A stretch of DNA of 59,255 nucleotides. Source: an uncultured Gammaproteobacteria bacterium. Its GTDB lineage: Bacteria > Patescibacteriota > Microgenomatia > Daviesbacterales > UBA10151. Below the pieces are notes generated by a model, which was not told the DNA's origin, did not search any database, and was given only the letters and a program-made list of their open reading frames with translations. The position numbers and the translations under genes were made by a program. Where the stretch lies: positions 1 through 59,255 of the forward strand of contig CAYNFQ010000004.1 in assembly GCA_964396715.1 (NCBI GenBank), read 5' to 3'. Position 1 is the stretch's first letter, and every line of letters starts with the position of its first letter. Shown here in pieces: positions 19,666-29,264 of this stretch.

Positions 19666-19737
19666 GCCGAAGTAGCTCAGTGGTAGAGCAATGCTTTCGT
19701 AAAGCATGGGTCGCGAGTTCAATTCTCACCTTCGGCT
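19666..19737 (+). tRNA. tRNA-Thr(CGT)
   Basis: Acceptor GCCGAAG/CTTCGGC, anticodon arm ATGCT-TTCGTAA-AGCAT, T-loop TTCAATT. Confidence 0.93.
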
Positions 19738-19795
19738 CACTACGTTCAGTTTACTACGATTTGGTTTACACAAACGTAGTTTACATGAACGTAGC

Positions 19796-21424
19796 TCAAT
19801 TACTGGCCTCAATTAATCCCTGTCTGGCTATTTGATTTTGCGGATCGGCAGATAAAATTTGATTGAAAATCTGTTTGGCCTTTTCTTTATCACCGGAAAC
19901 TAAATAAACTATTCCCAAATTATTATATAAATTTATATTTTTAGGATTTACTTGGATTGCTTTTTGAATATATTCCAAAGCTTTGTCATATTGCTTATTT
20001 TGAAAATACAAAGCCGCTATATTTTGATAAGACTGCCAAAGATTTGGATTAAATTCAATGGCTTTTTGATAATTTTCCAAAGCCAAATCCAATTGATTTA
20101 ATTCCCGGTAGGTATTTGCCAGATTATGGTAGGCATCAGCATAATTAGGTTTTAAGCTAATTGCTGTCTGAAATTCCTGCAAAGCCCTCTGTTTATCTCC
20201 CCATCTGCCATAAACATCCCCCAAATTATTGTGGGTGTTGGGAGAGGAGGGGGAGGTTTTGCCGGTGGCAATCCAGAGATTATCCTCATTTTTCCAGTCT
20301 ATATTGCGGATTATTGTTCTTGCGGAAAGTATTGCCACAGCAATAATGACCAGTCCGTAAAGCGCATATTTGTATTGTTTTTTTTGGGATAAATTATGCA
20401 AAAGCAAAGCCAGTGAAGCAAAGATACCCAGAGAAGGCAAATAAAGATAGCGCTCGGCCACAATCCAGTTTAGCCTGAAAGGGGTTAAGGTTGGGGCTAA
20501 AGACAGCCAGAAAAGAGACAACCAGAAAAAGATGTTCTTATTTTTTTTAAAACTGATGATGGTGAATGTTAAAAAAAGCAGGGTGACTCCCGCCCTTATC
20601 AAAAACTGGATTTTGGAAAAAGCAAGCTCGGAATGATAAAGAGTTAGATCTTTGGGGAAAAATATCAGCTCCAGGTATGAGGAGATGGCAACCGGAATTA
20701 ACACAAAAGGATTATCAATGCCCTTTTCCTGATAATGGACTGATTGCAGGGTGGTTGTTCTCTCCGGCAAAGCGCTTAAGTTTACGAGGATATAAGCTAT
20801 GGCAATCAGAAAATAGGGGATAGACCTGACCCAATTTTTTTTAATATCCCCAAAGCATAATTCATAGATTAAGAAAATCATAAACAGGGTCACAGGCATC
20901 ACCGGATGTGACATGAAAGATAGAAGATAGAAGATAGAAGATAGAAGATAGAAAAGCCTGCTTTTAGAAGATAAAATATAAAACAGAAAAGACAACAGAA
21001 AGAAAAAGGTATATTGCGGATAAGTGCCTCCGGAAATCCAGACTACCGCCTCGGAGATGGCAGGGTGGATGGCAAAAAAGGCCGCTGCGATAATTGCCAG
21101 TCGTCTGTTTATGAGGATGGTCAGGATTGTGTAAATTAGCAAAACCGACCCCAAGTGAAAACCGTAATTGATCAGCCTGAAAACAGCAGGGTTTAGTCCG
21201 CCCAGATGATAGGCAAAATAATTTAGAAGGATCCTGATAAAGCCGAAAGGATGGGTAAAAATATAGCTGAATTTTCCCACATTGGGGTTTTGGACAATTT
21301 CCGCCAGATCATCTGACAAAAAAACATTATTTAAGGCATTGGCAAAAGTGACAGCAATAAGCAGGGTTAAAATTGACAAATTTATCCAATTATCTTTAAG
21401 CCAGTTTTTGTTAGCCGGTTGCAT
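19796..21424 (-). CDS. TMTC-like membrane O-mannosyltransferase with C-terminal TPRs
   Basis: FLSDD, FRLINYGFH, AIHPAISEAVVWIS, AERYLYLPS, RNIDWKNE and several TPR repeats. Confidence 0.85.
   Translation of the reverse strand: MQPANKNWLKDNWINLSILTLLIAVTFANALNNVFLSDDLAEIVQNPNVGKFSYIFTHPFGFIRILLNYFAYHLGGLNPAVFRLINYGFHLGSVLLIYTILTILINRRLAIIAAAFFAIHPAISEAVVWISGGTYPQYTFFFLLSFLFYILSSKSRLFYLLSSIFYLLSFMSHPVMPVTLFMIFLIYELCFGDIKKNWVRSIPYFLIAIAYILVNLSALPERTTTLQSVHYQEKGIDNPFVLIPVAISSYLELIFFPKDLTLYHSELAFSKIQFLIRAGVTLLFLTFTIISFKKNKNIFFWLSLFWLSLAPTLTPFRLNWIVAERYLYLPSLGIFASLALLLHNLSQKKQYKYALYGLVIIAVAILSARTIIRNIDWKNEDNLWIATGKTSPSSPNTHNNLGDVYGRWGDKQRALQEFQTAISLKPNYADAYHNLANTYRELNQLDLALENYQKAIEFNPNLWQSYQNIAALYFQNKQYDKALEYIQKAIQVNPKNINLYNNLGIVYLVSGDKEKAKQIFNQILSADPQNQIARQGLIEASN
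20917..20951. repeat. Perfect heptamer tandem repeat (AAGATAG)x5 in frame
   Basis: Five exact copies; encodes FYLLSSIFYLLS on the minus strand. Confidence 0.95.
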
Positions 21425-21445
21425 ACTCTATCTGAGTATACACAA

Positions 21446-22078
21446 TTAGCGGGGGATAGTTAAGACCATACCTACTTCTATTAAATCCGGATTTTGGATA
21501 TTGTTGGCTTTGGCAATTTTGTCATATGCGTAAAGGTCCCCGTATGCCCTGTCTGCTATCTTTGAGAGCCAGTCTCCTGCAACTACCGTATAAGTTGTAC
21601 CTGCTATTTTTGGACCCCAGACACTTTGTGCCAAGGTTATATCAGGTACGCCTTTTGAGCCGGCTGCTGGTTCAGCTGGAGTTTGTTCGGGTTCCAAAAC
21701 AGGCAGGGTGGCTGCTGCGAGCTTTGGGATTTCAAGTACTTGGCCTTTTTCCAAAGCATCGGGATTTGTCAGGTTATTTAGCCGGGCAATCTCAGTATAT
21801 TGATAGCCATCGCCATAATATTTTTCGGCGATGATAAATAAGGTATCACCCTCTTTAACAGTATATTTTCCTGGTAAGTCGGCAGGGGTCACATCCTGTT
21901 CTTCCACTGTGGTGGTTTGAGCAGGGCCTAAGTCAGATTTGCCTCTGTTAAAATAATTGAAAACCAAAATTCCCATCACCAGGATGATGAGCACCCCCAA
22001 AACCATGCTCACTTTAGACTGGTTGGATTGAATTTCGGTTTCGATTTTGCCCAGATAATTGCTGTTTTGCTTTGCCAT
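21446..22078 (-). CDS. Membrane-anchored protein with two LysM domains
   Basis: TM helix; YTVKEGDTLFIIAEKYYG and YTVVAGDWLSKIADRAYG...NPDLIEVG. Confidence 0.92.
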   Translation of the reverse strand: MAKQNSNYLGKIETEIQSNQSKVSMVLGVLIILVMGILVFNYFNRGKSDLGPAQTTTVEEQDVTPADLPGKYTVKEGDTLFIIAEKYYGDGYQYTEIARLNNLTNPDALEKGQVLEIPKLAAATLPVLEPEQTPAEPAAGSKGVPDITLAQSVWGPKIAGTTYTVVAGDWLSKIADRAYGDLYAYDKIAKANNIQNPDLIEVGMVLTIPR

Positions 22079-22181
22079 TTTAATTTGGGCAGATAAAGGG
22101 AGCAGACTGACAATCCTTTTTTATGCCAAATCAGACAAATTGTCAAGAGGGTATTTATTTTGTTACAATACAAAGCAGTTT

Positions 22182-22257
22182 GGGGCCGTAGTGAACCGGT
22201 CATCACGTCTCCCTGTCACGGAGAAGATAGCGGGTTCGATTCCCGTCGGCCCCGCCA
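22182..22257 (+). tRNA. tRNA-Asp(GTC)
   Basis: Acceptor GGGGCCG/CGGCCCC, anticodon arm TCTCC-CTGTCAC-GGAGA, TTCGATT, encoded CCA. Confidence 0.95.
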
Positions 22258-22292
22258 CGTTCAGTTTACATGAACGTGGCCCGCCACCAATC

Positions 22293-22553
22293 ATGTATTA
22301 CTACTACTTCTACATTATCAGAAGTAAAAAGAATGGAAAGCTTTATCTAGGATATACCCCCCATTTAAAAGAACGATTGAAATCACATAATAATGGCGAA
22401 AATAAAGCTACTAAACCCAATATTCCATATGAATTAATCTACTTTTCTGGCTTTCGCAATAAAGAAGATGCCTTACACTGTGAGGAGTATTTTAAAACAA
22501 CTGCAGGCTGGAGAAGAATTCACAAAATGCTAGAAAATTTTCTTAAAAAATAG
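22293..22553 (+). CDS. Small GIY-YIG nuclease family protein (86 aa)
   Basis: FYII...LYLGYTPHLKERLKSHNNG...TK...ELIY...A...E; the ORF-track extension through the tRNA is spurious. Confidence 0.88.
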   Translation: MYYYYFYIIRSKKNGKLYLGYTPHLKERLKSHNNGENKATKPNIPYELIYFSGFRNKEDALHCEEYFKTTAGWRRIHKMLENFLKK

Positions 22554-22609
22554 AATTTTGAACCTACCACATTTACTTTAGCTAAATGTGGGCTAAAAGT
22601 GTTCGAGTC

Positions 22610-23341
22610 CTATTTAGCGACAATTGAGTCGCCTGGGGAGATTATATAATCTGCTGGTCTGCGTGGTGACCTAAACTCTACCATAAAACCAGCTTTCTGG
22701 TCACCTGATTTTATTAAACCCTGTATTAATTTATCCTCATCTGTAATCGGAAAATCATTATCTCCTCCGAAATATGAAGCACAGCTTGATTGATAACCTA
22801 AATCTTCAAGTATATTATTAGCTCTATCTCTAGCTGGATAATATCCTGAGTGTGATCCGCCACAAAAGACTACTACCTTTGTATTTGGATTGTCTTCCAA
22901 TCTAGTTTTTAGAATTTCTGCCCATTGTCTATTCCTTTTACCAAATGTAGCTGACTGACTAGAGGCTAGATATTCCTCGTTAGAAATATCCAATCCGTGT
23001 ATATTCATCCCTAATGATTTAGCTAAAGAGTAAATTTCAAAGTATTGACCTCCCATACCAGGACACTTATCATCCCAGTGATCTTGTAGATATTGCCTTA
23101 CTTTTATAGGGTCTGCAGTATCAAAACCTTTTGGTAACATTTCCAAGGCAAGATCAGTTACACCCAACTTAGGTAATTCTTCTAGGGCTTTTTTAAATGC
23201 CTCCTTGTCTGTAAAAGAGGTGTGGCTATCATTGATGAACAAAACTCTATTATTTTTAAGAATTTTACCATAATCGATTGGCTCTGGATCACCGACTTCT
23301 TTTGTGCCTAATCCTAGCTTTACCTCATCATCCATATTCAA
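22610..23341 (-). CDS. Hypothetical protein, possible EreA/ChaN/TIKI-like fold
   Basis: VLFINDSH, GVTDLALEM and VVVFCGGSH resemble the superfamily's His/Glu/His arrangement (by eye). Confidence 0.55.
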   Translation of the reverse strand: MNMDDEVKLGLGTKEVGDPEPIDYGKILKNNRVLFINDSHTSFTDKEAFKKALEELPKLGVTDLALEMLPKGFDTADPIKVRQYLQDHWDDKCPGMGGQYFEIYSLAKSLGMNIHGLDISNEEYLASSQSATFGKRNRQWAEILKTRLEDNPNTKVVVFCGGSHSGYYPARDRANNILEDLGYQSSCASYFGGDNDFPITDEDKLIQGLIKSGDQKAGFMVEFRSPRRPADYIISPGDSIVAK

Positions 23342-23410
23342 ACTATACCATATTCTGATCCTATATTGAGTTGTTGCAAAGTTTTATGCCGATAGATTAA
23401 ACTCTGATTA

Positions 23411-25204
23411 GTGGAAATTTCTAACTCTAAAATTGCTAAAATCCTCAGGAACGTAGCTGCAGCTTATACAATTAAAAAAATCGGTAATTTTTTTCAAATC
23501 CGTGCTTATGAAAATGCTGCGGATTCAATAGAGCAATCAACTGCAGAAGTTTATGATCTTTGGCAGGAGGGAAAATTAGACCAAATTCCCGGATCAGGAG
23601 AGTCTATCAGAGGCTATTTAGATGAGCTTTTTAAAACAGGGAAGGTTAAACACTTTGAAGAGATAGAAAAAGGCATTCCTAAGATATTTTTTGATCTTTT
23701 GGATATTCCCGGAGTAGGTCCAAAAACAGCCCAAAAGATTGCCGAACTTGGGGTAAAAGATTTAGAGGATTTGAAAAAGAAGCTGAAAAATGGAGATTTG
23801 GTTAATAAGGGGTTTTCCTCAAAACTGGCCCAAAATATCATTTCCGGCCTGCATGAGGTTAGTCAAAGGGGAAACAGGATGCTTCTTCCGTATGGTTATG
23901 CACAGGCAGAAAAAATTCTGAATTATCTTAAAAAGTGTCCTGATGTTTTGCAGGCCCACCCATTAGGTTCACTCAGGAGAATGGTGGCAACTGTGGGGGA
24001 TTTGGATTTTTCCGCCAGTTCAAACGAAAGCAAAAAGGTAGTTGATTACTTTTGTCAAATGTCTTCAGTTGCCAGAATAGTAGATCAGGGTGAGAATAAG
24101 GCGACGGTTATTTTGCAAAATGGGATTCAGGCAGATTTATTGGTGGGTAGACCCGGCTCTTATGGAGCGCTACTGCAGCATTTTACAGGATCAAAGGTAC
24201 ACAACATTAAGTTAAGGACTTTAGCCAATCAGCAGGGTTATTCCCTGTCCGAATACGGTGTGAAGCGAGCCGAAAGCGGAAGATGGAAAGTGGAAGATGG
24301 AAAGCTCATAAAAACAGAAACAGAAGAGGAATTTTACAAATTATTGGGGATGGATGTGCCTCCACCTGAACTGCGGGAAGATACAGGAGAAATTGAGGTT
24401 GCTTTGCAACATAATCTTCCAAAACTTGTCGAATTTGGAGATATTAAAGGTGATTTACATCTGCATTCAAGTTTCCCAATAGAAAAACCATCACACGCTC
24501 CCGGGGTGGATTCGATTGAAGATATTATTAAAAAGGCCATTAATTTAGGCTATCAGTATGTGGGAATTTCGGATCATTCTCCCAGCCTTACACTGCCAGA
24601 AGACAAAGTTAAGGCAACTATTGAGAAGAGGACAAAAGTTATTCAATTTTTAAAAAAGAACCTGCCTGCCGGCAGGCAGGGTACAAAAAGTATTCGAGTA
24701 CTAAATGGCCTCGAAATAGATATACTGGGAGATGGAAGTTTGAGTGTGCCGGATGAGGTTTTGGAAACTTTGGATTACTGCATAGCCGGTATTCATTCCG
24801 GCCATCGGGGTCATAAAGATGAGATTACCAAAAGACTGCTGGCGGCTTTGAATAATCCTCATGTAGATATAATTTCTCATCCCACCAACAGGCTTTTAAA
24901 TGAACGGGAATCATCTGAAGCAGATTGGGAAACAATTTTTAAATTGGCTGCCAAAAATAACAAGATTTTAGAGATTAATGCTTACCCTAACAGGTTGGAT
25001 TTGAGGGATGATTTGGCAAGAGAGGCCAAAAAATATGGAGTTAAGTTTATAATTAATACAGATGCTCATGCAGTTTCTCAAATGGATAACATGAGGTTTG
25101 GGGTAGCTGTGGCAAGAAGGAGTTGGGCGGAAAAAAGAGATATTGTAAACAGTTGGGACTGGAAAAAATTTGCAAAATGGTTTAATATAACATATGATAA
25201 GTGA
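23411..25204 (+). CDS. polX: DNA polymerase X family with PHP domain
   Basis: HhH repeats (IPGVGPKTA), GSLRR, GDLD, QHFTGSK.HN, and PHP motifs DLHLHS, ISDHS, HPT, INTDAH. Confidence 0.93.
   Translation: MEISNSKIAKILRNVAAAYTIKKIGNFFQIRAYENAADSIEQSTAEVYDLWQEGKLDQIPGSGESIRGYLDELFKTGKVKHFEEIEKGIPKIFFDLLDIPGVGPKTAQKIAELGVKDLEDLKKKLKNGDLVNKGFSSKLAQNIISGLHEVSQRGNRMLLPYGYAQAEKILNYLKKCPDVLQAHPLGSLRRMVATVGDLDFSASSNESKKVVDYFCQMSSVARIVDQGENKATVILQNGIQADLLVGRPGSYGALLQHFTGSKVHNIKLRTLANQQGYSLSEYGVKRAESGRWKVEDGKLIKTETEEEFYKLLGMDVPPPELREDTGEIEVALQHNLPKLVEFGDIKGDLHLHSSFPIEKPSHAPGVDSIEDIIKKAINLGYQYVGISDHSPSLTLPEDKVKATIEKRTKVIQFLKKNLPAGRQGTKSIRVLNGLEIDILGDGSLSVPDEVLETLDYCIAGIHSGHRGHKDEITKRLLAALNNPHVDIISHPTNRLLNERESSEADWETIFKLAAKNNKILEINAYPNRLDLRDDLAREAKKYGVKFIINTDAHAVSQMDNMRFGVAVARRSWAEKRDIVNSWDWKKFAKWFNITYDK
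24272..24306 (+). repeat. In-frame degenerate heptamer repeat in polX
   Basis: GAAAGCG GAAGATG GAAAGTG GAAGATG GAAAGCT, encoding [11 protein letters not shown]. Confidence 0.75.
24661..24680. repeat. Perfect 20-bp palindrome (REP-like) in frame in polX
   Basis: CCTGCCTGCCGGCAGGCAGG encodes LPAGRQG; related copies at 28613-28628 and 42769-42788. Confidence 0.9.
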
Positions 25205-25208
25205 CACG

Positions 25209-25757
25209 ATGACTACATACATTGTTTTAGGAATTATAGTAATAATAGTGCTCTGGCTTTTAATGACCTATAATGGTTTGGTAACGCTGCGCAATCGTGT
25301 TCGTGAAGCTTGGTCACAGATTGATGTGCAGCTTAAAAGGCGTTCTTCTTTAATTCCTAATTTAGTTGAGGCTGTTAAGGGTTATGTTAAGCATGAAAAA
25401 GGCGTACTGGAGGAGGTAACAAAAGCCCGTACTTCCTTAATGGATGCCAAAAATCCGCACGAAGCAGCTGATGCTGACAATATGTTAACCGGAGCCTTAA
25501 AATCCTTATTTGCTGTTGCGGAAAATTATCCAAATCTTAAGGCTTCTGAGAATTTTAAAGCTTTGCAGGATGAGCTTTCCGATACTGAAACCAAAGTAGC
25601 TGCCTCCAGGCAATTTTACAATACCAATGTATTGGATTTAAACAATTCCCTGGAAACTATTCCATCCGCCTGGATAGGGAATATGTTTGGTTTTAAAAAA
25701 GAGGAATTTTTCAAAGCTTCTGATGAAGAGAAAAAGGATGTACAGGTAAAATTTTAA
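25209..25757 (+). CDS. lemA: LemA family protein
   Basis: TM helix, [40 protein letters not shown]. Confidence 0.95.
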   Translation: MTTYIVLGIIVIIVLWLLMTYNGLVTLRNRVREAWSQIDVQLKRRSSLIPNLVEAVKGYVKHEKGVLEEVTKARTSLMDAKNPHEAADADNMLTGALKSLFAVAENYPNLKASENFKALQDELSDTETKVAASRQFYNTNVLDLNNSLETIPSAWIGNMFGFKKEEFFKASDEEKKDVQVKF

Positions 25758-25778
25758 TTATGCCATCAAGACCTGAAA

Positions 25779-26060
25779 ATGAAAAATTCAGCTAAAGCAT
25801 TACAGTTTAAAGTCTTAATTGAACAGGATGAAGATGGGATATTTGTGGCCTCTGCTCCTGCAATACCAGGATGTCATACACAAGGAGAAACTTATGAAGA
25901 GGCAGTCAAGGGTATAGAGGAGGCAATTGAGTTATGTCTTGAAGTAGCCAAAAAAGATGATAAATACAGAGAAAAGATTGATTTTGGCGAAGTATCAGAA
26001 AATAAACCCCGTTTTCTTGGAGTGGTCAATATTCCTATTCGGCTTGGTTTTTCTGTATGA
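25779..26060 (+). CDS. hicB: HicB family antitoxin
   Basis: IEQDEDGIFVASAPAIPGCHTQGETYEEA...EAIEL. Confidence 0.9.
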   Translation: MKNSAKALQFKVLIEQDEDGIFVASAPAIPGCHTQGETYEEAVKGIEEAIELCLEVAKKDDKYREKIDFGEVSENKPRFLGVVNIPIRLGFSV

Positions 26061-26281
26061 GCAGTTTATCTCCAATCAAAGCCAGAGAGCTCATTAAAAT
26101 TCTTAAGAAAATTGGTTTTATGGAAAGAAGACAAAAGGGAAATCATCTCTTTTTATCCCATGAAGACGGAAGAACAACAGTTGTGCCAATTCACCCCAGC
26201 AAATCAATTGGTACTGGTCTTCTTCGTTCGATCCTACATGATGTAAAATTGTCCCCAGAAGAGTTTGAGAAATTCAAATAA
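26057..26281 (+). CDS. hicA: HicA family mRNA interferase toxin
   Basis: LKKIGF..RQKGNH, TTVVPIH, GLLRSIL; ATGA overlap with hicB. Confidence 0.9.
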   Translation: MSSLSPIKARELIKILKKIGFMERRQKGNHLFLSHEDGRTTVVPIHPSKSIGTGLLRSILHDVKLSPEEFEKFK

Positions 26282-26317
26282 ATCTGGACAAGCATAAAGT
26301 GGTAAAATATATCTATT

Positions 26318-27247
26318 ATGGCAACTGTTAATACTGCCTGGGATCATGTTGGGGCAAATATTTTCAAAACATGGCTAATAATGTTATTTTTTAGCCTTTT
26401 TACTGTGGCAGTAATTTATATCATAGCCCAAGGGTTTGGATATGGTGAGGTAGGAGGATTGGGGATTGTGGGATTTGCTTTGATTATGGCAGGAGTGATG
26501 AATTTTGTTTCTTACTTTTGGTCAGATAAGATTGTGTTGGGAGTTTCTGGTGCTAAACCCATTGAGAAAAAAGACAATCCTGAGGTTTATAGAATTGTTG
26601 AGAATCTTTGTATAGCGGCTGGGTTATCTTTACCTAAAATTTATATCATTGATGACAGTGCCCCTAATGCTTTCGCAACAGGCAGAGATCCCAAACATGC
26701 TGCTATTGCTTTTACCCGCGGTATTTTAGATAAGTTAAACAAGCAGGAGCTGGAGGGAGTTACTGCCCACGAACTTTCCCATGTTGGCAACAGGGATACT
26801 CTGCTTATGGCTGTTGTTTCTATTCTGGTGGGAACAATAGCTTTAATGGCGGATTTTTTTATGAGGAGTATGTGGTATGGTGGAAGAGATAGGGAAGGCA
26901 GGGGAAATCAGGCATTCGTTATCTTGGCCATTGTAGCAGCCATTTTGGCCCCAATTGTGGCCACCTTAATTCAACTGGCCGTATCCAGAAGAAGAGAATT
27001 TCTGGCAGATGCATCAGGAGTGTTATTAACCAGGTATCCTCAAGGTTTAGCATCAGCGCTGCAAAAGATCTCTACAGACAGGGAACCATTAGAAGTTGCC
27101 AATAGAGGCACAGCACATCTTTATATTGTTAATCCCTTAAAAGGTACTGAGGCCAAAGCCTGGTTGGCGGGACTTTTTAATACTCACCCGCCTATTCAAG
27201 CCCGTGTTAAAGCTTTACAAGAAATGGAAGGAAGATTTAACCTATAA
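26318..27247 (+). CDS. htpX: Zinc metalloprotease HtpX (M48)
   Basis: PNAFATG, HELSH, SRRREFLADA, THPP. Confidence 0.95.
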   Translation: MATVNTAWDHVGANIFKTWLIMLFFSLFTVAVIYIIAQGFGYGEVGGLGIVGFALIMAGVMNFVSYFWSDKIVLGVSGAKPIEKKDNPEVYRIVENLCIAAGLSLPKIYIIDDSAPNAFATGRDPKHAAIAFTRGILDKLNKQELEGVTAHELSHVGNRDTLLMAVVSILVGTIALMADFFMRSMWYGGRDREGRGNQAFVILAIVAAILAPIVATLIQLAVSRRREFLADASGVLLTRYPQGLASALQKISTDREPLEVANRGTAHLYIVNPLKGTEAKAWLAGLFNTHPPIQARVKALQEMEGRFNL

Positions 27248-27250
27248 TAT

Positions 27251-27279
27251 TTGACTTAGGCTTTGGTATAAACTATAAT
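27251..27279 (+). promoter_or_regulatory. Sigma70-type promoter
   Basis: TTGACT, 17-bp spacer, TATAAT; ATG at 27291. Confidence 0.65.
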
Positions 27280-27290
27280 TCAGGTAATAT

Positions 27291-27518
27291 ATGCCGCTAT
27301 TACATACTGCTGAAGTTGTAAATGCATTTAAGACCGTTATCGCAGACATGGATGGTCTAATTGTTAGTACAGAGAAGCAACCAGATAGAAAAAGAGGAAT
27401 AAAAACAACAGAATATACGCTATTAGCACCTGATGCTTTAGTAGAAAGTTTTAAAATAAAAACAACCGGACGTGAATTTGAACAATTATTTAGACGTGTA
27501 GTAAAAATGTTAGCTTAA
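27291..27518 (+). CDS. Hypothetical protein (75 aa)
   Basis: ORF directly after a consensus promoter; no motif. Confidence 0.55.
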   Translation: MPLLHTAEVVNAFKTVIADMDGLIVSTEKQPDRKRGIKTTEYTLLAPDALVESFKIKTTGREFEQLFRRVVKMLA

Positions 27519-27572
27519 TTCTTCAATTTAACAGATCGTATTAGTCAAAATTTTGAGGTATAATCCCTGTAA

Positions 27573-27872
27573 ATGATAAAGTTAACTAAAGATCAGGTTA
27601 AACATGTGGCTAAATTGGCCAATTTACCTTTATCTTCTGAGGAAGAAGAAAAATATGCTGAGCAGCTTTCTAATATTTTAGAATATGTTGATAAATTAAA
27701 TTCTCTTGATACTTCATCTGTAGAACCCACCTTTAACGTATCAGGTAAATCAAATGTAATGAGTGAGGATAACTTAGGGGACTGTACTCTTTTACAAGAA
27801 GATGTTTTATCAAATGTTCCTAAAAAAGAAAATGGATTTTTTGTAACTAAAGGAGTTTTTGATAATGAGTGA
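27573..27872 (+). CDS. gatC: Asp/Glu-tRNA amidotransferase subunit C
   Basis: [10 protein letters not shown]...[10 protein letters not shown]; precedes gatA. Confidence 0.93.
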   Translation: MIKLTKDQVKHVAKLANLPLSSEEEEKYAEQLSNILEYVDKLNSLDTSSVEPTFNVSGKSNVMSEDNLGDCTLLQEDVLSNVPKKENGFFVTKGVFDNE

Positions 27873-29241
27873 TATTACTTCTTTAACTCTAACTCAAACT
27901 ATAAAATCTTTAGAAGATAAACAGTTTTCTGAACAGGATTTGAATAAAGCTTACCTAGAAAGGATAAAAAGGATTAATCCTAAATTAAATGCTTATTTGG
28001 AGATCGTAGAAAATAGTAAGGGGATTCCAGCTGCAATTAAGGATGTAATTTCCACAAGAGGCATCAGAACAACTGCTGCTTCTAAAGTATTGGAAAATTA
28101 TATTCCGCCTTACAATGCTACAGTTATTGAGAAATTATCAGAACAAAATATTACTATTATTGGGAAAACAAATCATGATGAATTTGCTATGGGTGGATCT
28201 GGAGAAAATTCTGCATTTGGTGCTACTAAAAACCCATGGGATTTAACTAAAGTTCCTGGAGGATCCTCCTCTGGTTCTGCGGTTGCTGTGGCAGCTGATC
28301 TTTGTGCTTTCGCAATCGGTTCTGATACAGGTGGATCAATAAGACAACCAGCTTCACTTTGTGGAGTAGTGGGTCTTAAAACAAGTTATGGAAGGGTATC
28401 CAGATATGGACTGATACCAATGGCCTCGTCACTAGATTCTATTGGGCCAATTACTAAATCAGTAGAGGACGCTGTTTTAGTTTTAGATTGGATTTCAGGA
28501 GCTGGTAGATTTGATTCAAATTGCAAAAGTGAAAAGTTTACGATGCAACCTTCGAGGTTGCAGGCTGGAATGAAAGGATTAACAGTGGGAGTACCTAAAG
28601 AGTATTTTGCCGTGCCTGCCGGCAGGCAGAGAGAGGGGTTGGATCCAAAAGTTAAAAGTGTTATTGAGCAAGCCATTAAAAAATTAGAGGAATTAGGGGC
28701 AGAAATTGTAGAGATTAGTTTGCCACACAGTAAATATGCGCTAGCTGCTTATTACATAATAGTACCTTCTGAAGTCTCTTCAAATATGGCCCGCTATGAT
28801 GGTATTAGGTATGGGAAGGGGAGGGAAAATATAGGAGCAGAAGTCAAAAGAAGAATAATGCTGGGGACCTATGCCCTATCCACAGGATATTATGATGAAT
28901 ACTATGCAAAAGCTGCCAAAGTAAGAACCTTAGTAAAAAGGGATTTTGAAAAAGTATTTGAAAAAGTGGATGTGATAGTTGGTCCAGTCTCCCCCACCAC
29001 AGCATGGAACTTGGGAGAGAAAATAGGTGACCCTCTAAAGATGTATCTTTCTGATATTTATACAATTTCTGCTAATTTAGCAGGTATCCCAGGATTATCT
29101 GTGCCTTGCGGATTTGTTGATGGATTACCGGTTGGTTTGCAAATTTTGGGAAAACAATGGGATGAGGAAACAATTTTAAGAGTTGGGTATGCATATGAGC
29201 AAGCAACAAATTGGCACAAGGAGAAACCCCTCCTTCGCTAA
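27865..29241 (+). CDS. gatA: Asp/Glu-tRNA amidotransferase subunit A
   Basis: Amidase signature [28 protein letters not shown]. Confidence 0.97.
   Translation: MSDITSLTLTQTIKSLEDKQFSEQDLNKAYLERIKRINPKLNAYLEIVENSKGIPAAIKDVISTRGIRTTAASKVLENYIPPYNATVIEKLSEQNITIIGKTNHDEFAMGGSGENSAFGATKNPWDLTKVPGGSSSGSAVAVAADLCAFAIGSDTGGSIRQPASLCGVVGLKTSYGRVSRYGLIPMASSLDSIGPITKSVEDAVLVLDWISGAGRFDSNCKSEKFTMQPSRLQAGMKGLTVGVPKEYFAVPAGRQREGLDPKVKSVIEQAIKKLEELGAEIVEISLPHSKYALAAYYIIVPSEVSSNMARYDGIRYGKGRENIGAEVKRRIMLGTYALSTGYYDEYYAKAAKVRTLVKRDFEKVFEKVDVIVGPVSPTTAWNLGEKIGDPLKMYLSDIYTISANLAGIPGLSVPCGFVDGLPVGLQILGKQWDEETILRVGYAYEQATNWHKEKPLLR
28613..28628. repeat. REP-like palindrome in frame in gatA
   Basis: TGCCTGCCGGCAGGCA encodes VPAGRQ inside the EYF..EGLDP segment. 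Confidence 0.85.
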
Positions 29242-29257
29242 AGCTACGGAGGGCAAG
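29228..29257. repeat. REP-like hairpin at the gatA-gatB junction
   Basis: CCCTCCTTCGCTAAAGCTACGGAGGGCAAG contains the gatA stop; 23/30 identical to 55371-55400 with compensatory stem changes. Confidence 0.8.
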
Positions 29258-29264
29258 CAAAATT

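Noticed and set aside
20917-20951. Short tandem arrays as CRISPR repeats
   Set aside because: The units are 7 bp, with no unique spacers, and lie inside ORFs.
22059-22292. 164-aa version of the GIY-YIG ORF
   Set aside because: The extension runs through tRNA-Asp and its promoter.
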